From an uncultured Bacilli bacterium (lineage in GTDB: Bacteria > Bacillota_I > Bacilli_A > RF39 > UBA660), in assembly GCA_947632325.1 (NCBI GenBank), contig CANROU010000002.1, positions 43,840 through 107,839 on the forward strand: DNA of 64,000 nt, read 5' to 3'. The number at the start of each line of letters is the position of its first letter. Within the stretch, counting starts at the first letter, position 1. Below the pieces are notes generated by a model, which saw only the letters and a program-made list of their open reading frames with translations, had not been told where the DNA came from and searched no databases. This document shows positions 57,299-64,000 of this stretch, piece by piece. A program made the position numbers and the translations under genes.

Positions 57299-57642
57299 TG
57301 ACAAATATTAAAATAGAGCGTTGGAATCACTTGTTTGTCAAAGAAATTAGTGAAATTATAAAAAACGAAATTAAGGATAAACAAATTGATTTTGTTACTA
57401 TAACAGACTGTGATATTACTACTGATTTAAGTTATGCCAAAGTTTATTTTACTGTTTTAGATGATAGTAAAAAAGATGACATCGAAAAGGCTTTAAATAA
57501 GGCTAGTTCTTATATTAGAGGACAATTAAGTCAAAGAGTAGAAATAAGGCATACTCCCCAATTACGTTTTATTTATGATGAGTCAATTGACTATGGTAAT
57601 AAAATTGAAGAAATTATTGATGAAATTCATCAAGAAGATTAA
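57298..57642 (+). CDS. rbfA: Ribosome-binding factor A
   Basis: Overlaps the infB stop. KH-like RbfA fold sequence. 114 aa. Confidence 0.85.
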   Translation: MTNIKIERWNHLFVKEISEIIKNEIKDKQIDFVTITDCDITTDLSYAKVYFTVLDDSKKDDIEKALNKASSYIRGQLSQRVEIRHTPQLRFIYDESIDYGNKIEEIIDEIHQED

Positions 57643-57671
57643 TCTTTTACAGGTTTAATCTTCTTTTTTTC
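57634..57671 (+). terminator. Rho-independent terminator overlapping the rbfA stop
   Basis: GAAGATTAA-12 nt loop-TTAATCTTC followed by TTTTTTT. Confidence 0.5.
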
Positions 57672-57727
57672 TTCTTGGAGACATCACAAAATCATGTTAT
57701 AATGTTACTAGTGAATAAGGTGATAAA

Positions 57728-60691
57728 ATGTATTTAAAAGAAATTACGGCAACAGGTTTTAAATCCTTTGCTGATAAATTATCCATTACATTAGATAATA
57801 AGATTACTTGTATTGTTGGACCAAATGGTTCTGGTAAAAGTAATGTTGTTGATGCAGTACGGTGGGTCTTAGGTGAACAATCAGTTAAGACTCTTCGTGG
57901 CGATGGAAGCATGAGTGATGTTATCTTCTCTGGTAGTAAAAGCAGAAATGCCTTAAATGTGGCTAGTGTTACTTTGCTATTTGACAATACAGATCATTAT
58001 TTAAAGATTCCATATGAAGAAGTATCTATTAAAAGAAGAGTATATCGTACCGGTGAAAATGAGTATTTTTTAAATGGGACTAAATGTCGGTTAAAAGATA
58101 TTGTAGATTTATTATTGGATAGTGGTATTGGTAGAGATTCTTTTAATATTATCTCTCAAGGTGAAGTCCAAAGAATAATAAGCAATTCGCCTTATGATAG
58201 AAGAATTATTTTCGAAGAAGCTGCCGGTGTCTTGAAATATAAAAAAAGAAAAAAAGAGGCCTTACAAAAATTAGAGAGAACTCATAATAATCTTGATAGA
58301 GTAAATGATATTATTGATGAATTATCAACGCAAGTAGAACCTCTTAAACAACAGAGTATTAAAGCTAAAGAATATTTGCAAAATAAAGAACAATTAGAAA
58401 AATATGATATAGCTTTAATGGTTTATGATATTTGTGATATGATGGAAGAATATAAACGCATTAAAGAACAAATCACCTCTTATAATGAAGCTATTGTTCT
58501 TTTATCTAATCAATCTTCCGTGGACGATGTGAAGCTAACTACCGAAAAAGGTAATTTGTTAAAAATCCAACAAGATTTGGAACAAGCTAACAATAATTTA
58601 TTAGAAGTAACCAGTGCTTTAGAAAAACTAAACAGTGAAAAGCAATTGTTAAAAGAACGTTCTAAATATGATAGTAGTAGTGATTTAGTTAATCAAAATA
58701 TTATTAATTTAAAAGAACAATATGAAAATGCCTTAGTTATAGAACATACCTTGGAAGATGAAATTAATAAATTGGAAACTGATTTAGCTATGGTTCAAAA
58801 TACTAAAGAAAAACAGGATGATGAAATATCTTCGTTGCGTCAAAAACAACAACATTTACAAAACGAAAGAATTTATAAAGACAAAGAAATAATGCAAATG
58901 GAGCATAGTTTAGAACTTTTAAAACAGGAAATAGATAGTGGTGGCTTATTACCTAACAGTATTAAAACCATTTTAAAAGAACCTAGTTTACAAGGTATTC
59001 ATAATTGCCTCGGTAATATTTTACAGACTGATGAAAAATATCATAAATCATTAGAAGTAGCTATATCTAGCAGTAAATATTTTATTATTACTGATACAAG
59101 TGACAATGCCAAAGAAGCTATTAATTATTTACGATCTAAAAAATTAGGACGGGCTACTTTCTTTCCTTTAGATGTTATTAAACCTAAGGGTATAGATCTT
59201 AATACTTTAGATATTATCGAACAAGAGGCAAATTATATTGGTATCATGGCTGATTTAGTAAGTTATGATCCTCTTTATCGTAATATTGTTTTAAATCAAT
59301 TAGGCAATGTTATTGTTATGGCTGATATTGATAGTGCCAATAATTTAAGTCGAAAAATTAATAATCGTTATAAAATAATAACATTAGATGGAGATGTAAT
59401 CCACATTGGCGGTTCTATGACTGGTGGAACATATAATTTAGCCAAGAGTTTTATTTCTTTAAAGCAAGAATATGAACACAAACAACAACAAGTTAAAATA
59501 TTAACAGAAGCCATTACCAAACTAGATGAACAATTAGATGAAGTCACTAGTAACTTAAATACTAAGATAACAGCATCTTACACTACTAATGGTCAAATTG
59601 TTAATTATGAAGAATTATTAAAGAATAAACAGCAACAACTGTTACAACAGAAAAAATTGTTAGAAGAAGTTAATAATGAATTAAATAGTTTAAAATTGGT
59701 TGTTGCAGGAAAGGTTGATTCCCAAGAAGAAAAATTAATTGAAGCATATTACGCTAAAAAAGAAGAAAAAGAAAAATTATTGACTTTGATTAAACATTTA
59801 TCTAAACAAGAGAGTAATTGTAAAGAAATAATTGAACAATTAGAAGCTAATGATAAATTACAAAATACAACTTTACGTAAACAAGAAAATGAATTAAAAG
59901 AATTAGAAATTAAAATGAGCAAACTGGATGTTAACTTGGATAATATGTTAACGACTTTAAATGAACAATACTCTTTAACTTATGAAAAAGCTAAGGAACA
60001 ATATTCTTTAGATATAGAAGTAGATGAGGCTAGAGCAAAATTAAAATTATATAAAGAAAATGTTAAACAATTAGGCATGGTTAATGTTTCTTCTATTGAA
60101 GAATATGAACGGGTTAACACGCGTTATGAATTTTTAATTAATCAACGAAATGATTTATTAAAGGCCCAAGATTCATTATTAGAAATCATGAATGAAATGG
60201 ATATAGTAATGAAGGAAGAATTTGTAAAAACATTTGAGTTGGTTGATGAGGAATTTAGAAAAGTATTTAAAGAATTGTTTCATGGTGGGACAGCCACTTT
60301 AAAATTAACTGATAAAGATAATTTATTAGAAACGGGAATTGAAATTGTGGCTAGTCCTCCAGGTAAGAAATTAACAACTATTTCTCTTTTATCAGGTGGT
60401 GAAAAGACTTTAACAGCAATTAGTTTATTATTTGCTATCTTGAATGTGCGTTCTGTGCCTTTCTGTCTTTTTGATGAAGTAGAAGCGGCTCTAGATGAAG
60501 CTAATGTTGAACAATTTGGGAAATATTTAAATCATTATAAAAACAAAACGCAATTTTTAATTATTACCCATAAAAAGAAAACTATGGAATATGCTGATAC
60601 ATTATATGGTATTACGATGCAGGAATCAGGTGTTAGTAAATTGGTTAGTGTAAGATTAAATGATAAAGAAAATAGCAAACAAGAAATATAA
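57728..60691 (+). CDS. smc: Chromosome partition protein SMC (compact 987-aa form)
   Basis: N-terminal Walker A GPNGSGKSN, long coiled coils, hinge, C-terminal LSGGEKTLTAISLLFAI signature and D-loop. Confidence 0.9.
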   Translation: MYLKEITATGFKSFADKLSITLDNKITCIVGPNGSGKSNVVDAVRWVLGEQSVKTLRGDGSMSDVIFSGSKSRNALNVASVTLLFDNTDHYLKIPYEEVSIKRRVYRTGENEYFLNGTKCRLKDIVDLLLDSGIGRDSFNIISQGEVQRIISNSPYDRRIIFEEAAGVLKYKKRKKEALQKLERTHNNLDRVNDIIDELSTQVEPLKQQSIKAKEYLQNKEQLEKYDIALMVYDICDMMEEYKRIKEQITSYNEAIVLLSNQSSVDDVKLTTEKGNLLKIQQDLEQANNNLLEVTSALEKLNSEKQLLKERSKYDSSSDLVNQNIINLKEQYENALVIEHTLEDEINKLETDLAMVQNTKEKQDDEISSLRQKQQHLQNERIYKDKEIMQMEHSLELLKQEIDSGGLLPNSIKTILKEPSLQGIHNCLGNILQTDEKYHKSLEVAISSSKYFIITDTSDNAKEAINYLRSKKLGRATFFPLDVIKPKGIDLNTLDIIEQEANYIGIMADLVSYDPLYRNIVLNQLGNVIVMADIDSANNLSRKINNRYKIITLDGDVIHIGGSMTGGTYNLAKSFISLKQEYEHKQQQVKILTEAITKLDEQLDEVTSNLNTKITASYTTNGQIVNYEELLKNKQQQLLQQKKLLEEVNNELNSLKLVVAGKVDSQEEKLIEAYYAKKEEKEKLLTLIKHLSKQESNCKEIIEQLEANDKLQNTTLRKQENELKELEIKMSKLDVNLDNMLTTLNEQYSLTYEKAKEQYSLDIEVDEARAKLKLYKENVKQLGMVNVSSIEEYERVNTRYEFLINQRNDLLKAQDSLLEIMNEMDIVMKEEFVKTFELVDEEFRKVFKELFHGGTATLKLTDKDNLLETGIEIVASPPGKKLTTISLLSGGEKTLTAISLLFAILNVRSVPFCLFDEVEAALDEANVEQFGKYLNHYKNKTQFLIITHKKKTMEYADTLYGITMQESGVSKLVSVRLNDKENSKQEI

Positions 60692-60785
60692 TATGTCAAC
60701 TAAGATTAATATTTTTAAATTATATTGTGAAACATTAAATTATATGTTACGATTGCTATATAAGTAGAATAAGGAGGAGTTAAAG

Positions 60786-61565
60786 ATGAAAAAGCAAATG
60801 GAAAAGCAAAAAATTTTTAGTATTACAAGTATCATTTTATTAATATTATTGTTAGGAGTTGTAGGATATTTAACTTATGATATAGTAGTATTAGGTAAAA
60901 CCGTAAAAAAAGAAGAATATACTGAATCTACAGAATCTACAGAATCAATAATGGATACTAATTTAGATGTTAACAACTCTTTTGTGCAAACATTATATAG
61001 TTATGTAAAAGTTCATGATCATATGGAATACTCTTATTTTAATATGACTGATAAAAAAGAAATAACAAAGGATGATTTTGCTAATGATCAAAAATTATAT
61101 TTAGGATATCGTCTTGTGTTAGATGGCGATAGAGTAAAAGATTCTTGTTATAATTATCAACAATTATTACCAAGTGAACCAGGGTATTTCTGTGGTGATA
61201 GTGATCAGGCGACTATGACTGTTACTATTGCTGAAGATCAACTAAAAGCTAAAGTGGAAGCTATTTTTGGACCAGGGAGTTATACAGCACAAACATTTAA
61301 TGTAGGAAAATATCCTGCTCGTTACGTTTATTTACAACAGAAGGGATTGTATGTTTTACAAAGCTTTTATGGCGGAGGAAGTGGCCCTAGTGTTTCTCAA
61401 GAATTAGTTGGTGTGACTAAGGAAGATGATGTTATTGTTTTAAGTACACATGTTACTATTGGTCCAATGGATGAATCTACGGAAAGTACTACTGAAACAT
61501 GGCAATATACTTATAAATTAAGTGGTAATAATTACTATTTTGTAAAAATGGCAAAAGTAAATTAA
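60786..61565 (+). CDS. Membrane-anchored extracytoplasmic hypothetical protein
   Basis: N-terminal TM. Contains a 3x ACAGAATCT nonamer repeat (TESTESTES) at 60925-60951. Confidence 0.4.
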   Translation: MKKQMEKQKIFSITSIILLILLLGVVGYLTYDIVVLGKTVKKEEYTESTESTESIMDTNLDVNNSFVQTLYSYVKVHDHMEYSYFNMTDKKEITKDDFANDQKLYLGYRLVLDGDRVKDSCYNYQQLLPSEPGYFCGDSDQATMTVTIAEDQLKAKVEAIFGPGSYTAQTFNVGKYPARYVYLQQKGLYVLQSFYGGGSGPSVSQELVGVTKEDDVIVLSTHVTIGPMDESTESTTETWQYTYKLSGNNYYFVKMAKVN

Positions 61566-61590
61566 AAAAACTGTTTTAAACAGTTTTTTT
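61564..61590. terminator. Bidirectional intrinsic terminator between convergent genes
   Basis: AAAAAAACTGTTTtAAACAGTTTTTTT palindrome flanked by A- and T-runs. Confidence 0.6.
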
Positions 61591-62140
61591 AAATGGCCCG
61601 ATATTTATCTTGGTCTTTATAAGGAAATTTTTTATCAATGTAGTCAAAAAACAAGATGCCGTTTAAATGATCAATTTCGTGTTGAAAAGCGACTGCCAAT
61701 TCTTCTTTAGCGCGAATTCTTATTTTGTTTCCTTCTTCATCATATCCTTCTACGGTAACTCGAGCATATCTTGGGACAATACCTTCTACTTCTCGATTTA
61801 CAGATAAGCATCCTTCACCGACTTCTACATATATTTTTTCCATAGAAGTACTTACTATTTTAGGATTAATAACAACGTAATTATCAAAAACACCTTCAGA
61901 ACTTTCGTGGACAATAGTGATATAACGTTTAGGAACACCAATTTGAATAGCTGCCATGCCCATGCCTGGACGTAAATCATATTTTAGGGCTTTTTCTTCT
62001 ATTTGACTATTGGTTAGATATTCTATCATCATTTTGATGTTTTTTTTATCTTGTTTAGTAAGAGGAAATACTACTTCTTGACTATGTTGTCTTAAAGTTT
62101 TATCTTTTTCATCTAATATGTCTTTTGTTCTTAACATCAA
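61589..62140 (-). CDS. def: Peptide deformylase
   Basis: GMGMAAIQIG, EGCLS and QHEIDHLNG motifs. Confidence 0.9.
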   Translation of the reverse strand: MMLRTKDILDEKDKTLRQHSQEVVFPLTKQDKKNIKMMIEYLTNSQIEEKALKYDLRPGMGMAAIQIGVPKRYITIVHESSEGVFDNYVVINPKIVSTSMEKIYVEVGEGCLSVNREVEGIVPRYARVTVEGYDEEGNKIRIRAKEELAVAFQHEIDHLNGILFFDYIDKKFPYKDQDKYRAI

Positions 62141-62195
62141 ACCACCTCAACTGGTCTTATTTTATCACAAAAAAAGGAAAGAGTAAACTTCCTTT

Positions 62196-62372
62196 TTATC
62201 GTGCAATACGTGAACCGATGACAATAACTAATAAAATAAATAATACTAAAACGATAGCATAATTGGAACTATTGCCAAAGCCACCCCAAGGAGAACCCCA
62301 GTTGTTTCCCCAAGGAGAACCCCACCAGTTATTGTTGCAGCATCCACAAGAGCCACCACCATAATAATACAT
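62196..62372 (-). CDS. Gly/Trp/Cys-rich mini-protein with C-terminal TM (58 aa; not in ORF track)
   Basis: GGAGGAAC RBS then ATG. MYYYGGGSCGCCNNNWWGSPWGNNWGSPWGGFGNSSNYAIVLVLFILLVIVIGSRIAR. Confidence 0.35.
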   Translation of the reverse strand: MYYYGGGSCGCCNNNWWGSPWGNNWGSPWGGFGNSSNYAIVLVLFILLVIVIGSRIAR

Positions 62373-62510
62373 ATATGTTCCTCCTTTATCTTAATCTAAT
62401 ATAAGATATTCATAATAGTTATTTTATGTTAATGAAAGAGCCTTAAAAAAACAATTTCCTTCATTTTAAAAATGTGATATATTATTGGTAGGATATAGGG
62501 AAGTGAAGCT

Positions 62511-63647
62511 ATGAAAAAGAACTTACAAAATCTTGATAAACCACTATTAATTGTTAGTGTTTTATTATTTATTTTTGGTCTTATTATGGTATTTTCTTCT
62601 TCTAATGTTACGGCTTTTATGTCTTATAATGCTAGTCCGTATAATTTCTTTTTTAAACAATTTCTTTTCTTAATAATAGGCTTATTAGTTTTCTTCATCA
62701 TGCTTCGATTTAATACTAAGCTTTATGGAATGGTATCTTGGTTAGGGGTTATTGCCGTGAGCAGCTTATTAGTTATTTTGTTAATAGTAGGACAAGTTAA
62801 AAATCAAGCTGTTAGTTGGTTTGATTTAGGTTTTTTTAGTATTCAACCTAGTGAATTTGCTAAAGTAATTATGATCGTCTGGATGGCTAGATATTATGAA
62901 GTAAATGCTAAAAAATTAGATCGTTATGGAACAGTTTTATTTCCTCTATTAATTGGGGGACTTATTGCTTTCTTAATTATTTTTCAACCTGACTTGGGAA
63001 CAGCTATTATTTTTTCTTTAATTGTTTTTGGGATTTTTATGTCTATTCCTATTAATAAAGAGGTTAAACGTAAAATATTTATGTTGTTATTTGGCGTTGT
63101 TATCATTGTTGTTTTAATGGTTACAAATAGTGGAAAAACTATTATTTATGAAAGACAACTAGAACGTCTTAATTTTACACATCCTTGTGAGCGATTATTA
63201 GATGAAGGTAGTCAAGTGTGTAATGCTTATATTGCTATTAATAATGGCGGACTTACTGGAGTTGGACTGGGTAATAGTACGCAGAAATATCTATACTTAC
63301 CTGAACCATATACAGATTTTATTTTTGCTATTATAGTTGAAGAGTTAGGTTTAATCGTGGGTATTTTACTGTTATTGGCCTACATCTTTGTTTTATATCG
63401 TATAATAGTAATTGCTAGACAAAGTTATACTAATAGGGGAGCTGTTATTTGTTATGGAGTGGCTCTTTACATATTTTTACATATAGCTATTAATTTATTA
63501 GGCCTCTTTGGTTTAATGCCTATGACAGGTGTTCCTTTGCCTTTTATGAGTTATGGAGGTAGTTATACGTTATCTTTGATTGTAGCCCTTACCATGGTAC
63601 AACGAGTCAATATTGAAACTAAACTAAGAAATAATTTAAAAAAATAA
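62511..63647 (+). CDS. Second SEDS-family protein (FtsW/RodA)
   Basis: 10 TM; PEPYTDFIFA and GLMPMTGVPLPFMSYGGS motifs. Confidence 0.8.
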   Translation: MKKNLQNLDKPLLIVSVLLFIFGLIMVFSSSNVTAFMSYNASPYNFFFKQFLFLIIGLLVFFIMLRFNTKLYGMVSWLGVIAVSSLLVILLIVGQVKNQAVSWFDLGFFSIQPSEFAKVIMIVWMARYYEVNAKKLDRYGTVLFPLLIGGLIAFLIIFQPDLGTAIIFSLIVFGIFMSIPINKEVKRKIFMLLFGVVIIVVLMVTNSGKTIIYERQLERLNFTHPCERLLDEGSQVCNAYIAINNGGLTGVGLGNSTQKYLYLPEPYTDFIFAIIVEELGLIVGILLLLAYIFVLYRIIVIARQSYTNRGAVICYGVALYIFLHIAINLLGLFGLMPMTGVPLPFMSYGGSYTLSLIVALTMVQRVNIETKLRNNLKK

Positions 63648-63672
63648 AAAAGCACAGCTTTTTATTTTTTTT
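63648..63672 (+). terminator. Weak intrinsic terminator after the SEDS gene
   Basis: AAAAGC-aca-GCTTTT followed by TTTATTTTTTTT. Confidence 0.35.
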
Positions 63673-63700
63673 ATCTAATAATTAATTAGGGGGTGAAAAT

Positions 63701-64000
63701 ATGACTTTTCATTATCGTTATCGTAAACAATTAATTATAGGTTTTAGTCTTTTTATTATTTTAACTGTAATTAGTATTGGACTGTATTATCATTTTTTTA
63801 TAGAAAATAATAAATTGTCTAGTAATAAAGTAGAAGTTTTAGCTTCCAGTAATAAAACAATTAAAACGGACAGTACATCTAAAAAGAAAGAAAAATATTA
63901 TGTGGATATTAAAGGACAAGTAGTGTATCCAGGACTTTATGAAGTAGATCCTAATTGTAGAGTGCAAGATGTTATCAATTTAGCTGGTGGTTTATTAGAA
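63701..64000 (+). CDS. comEA: ComEA-like DNA receptor, N-terminal part (continues past window end)
   Basis: GGGGGTGA RBS. N-terminal TM, then SLBB-type segment YVDIKGQVVYPGLYEVDPNCRVQDVINLAGG. Confidence 0.55.
   Translation, partial: MTFHYRYRKQLIIGFSLFIILTVISIGLYYHFFIENNKLSSNKVEVLASSNKTIKTDSTSKKKEKYYVDIKGQVVYPGLYEVDPNCRVQDVINLAGGLLE

Noticed and set aside
57697-57987. Minus-strand ORF overlapping the smc start
   Set aside because: Antisense to the conserved SMC Walker A region
57728-60691. SMC only 987 aa, possibly truncated
   Set aside because: Both head halves, hinge and signature motif are present in one frame; the short coiled coil is probably lineage-typical
60925-60951. 3x ACAGAATCT nonamer (TESTESTES) in a hypothetical protein gene
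   Set aside because: Short in-frame SSR; possibly phase/length variable but too small to read function into

Overview
AT-rich genome segment from a spore-forming Firmicutes (Clostridia/Erysipelotrichia-like), with gerA-gerC-gerB and gerE as the main lineage evidence (CotY/CotZ-like, BclA-like, SpoVD/SpoVE-type pair, GerM-like, SpoIIIAH-like are lower-confidence calls). Three layers are visible. (i) Positions 1-16149 hold a co-directional accessory block, truncated at the window start, that mixes Tad/Flp-like parts (T2SS-F-like platform, TadZ/CpaE-like pseudo-ATPase, small pilin-like and TadE-like proteins, a GT-C membrane glycosyltransferase) with a conjugation-type T4SS. The T4SS set is two VirB2/TrbC-like proteins sharing a C-terminal membrane-hairpin module, a VirB6-like protein, a VirB3-like protein, a VirB4 split into two overlapping genes, a SpoIID-like plus CHAP/NlpC-P60-like wall hydrolase, and a VirD4-type coupling protein with an acidic tail. 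No relaxase, integrase or oriT is in view. Cargo-like genes follow (rhodanese, Cys-rich membrane protein, GT4 glycosyltransferase, DUF4186-like protein). (ii) Downstream of RNase J lies a surface/filament islet with a SipW-type-signal (TasA/camelysin-like) protein, a Prp-like protease and three tandem type IV pilin paralogs with near-identical 5' ends. (iii) The rest is housekeeping and sporulation: nfo, PBP2/SEDS pair, two CotY/CotZ-like paralogs, cdsA, rseP, rpmG, efp, gerE, GerM-like, tRNA-Arg(UCU), a gerA-gerC-gerB operon, rlmD, a BclA-like collagen protein, an EndA-like nuclease, a cyclophilin lipoprotein, zupT, queH, a T-box ahead of an archaeal-type valS, an orphan sensor kinase, an M29 aminopeptidase, the rimP-nusA-ylxR-infB-rbfA operon, smc, def, a second SEDS gene and a partial comEA. 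A 386-bp noncoding unit is tandemly duplicated right after tRNA-Arg. Two aromatic-rich mini-proteins were also found. All calls come from reading the sequence and ORF translations; no database search was run.
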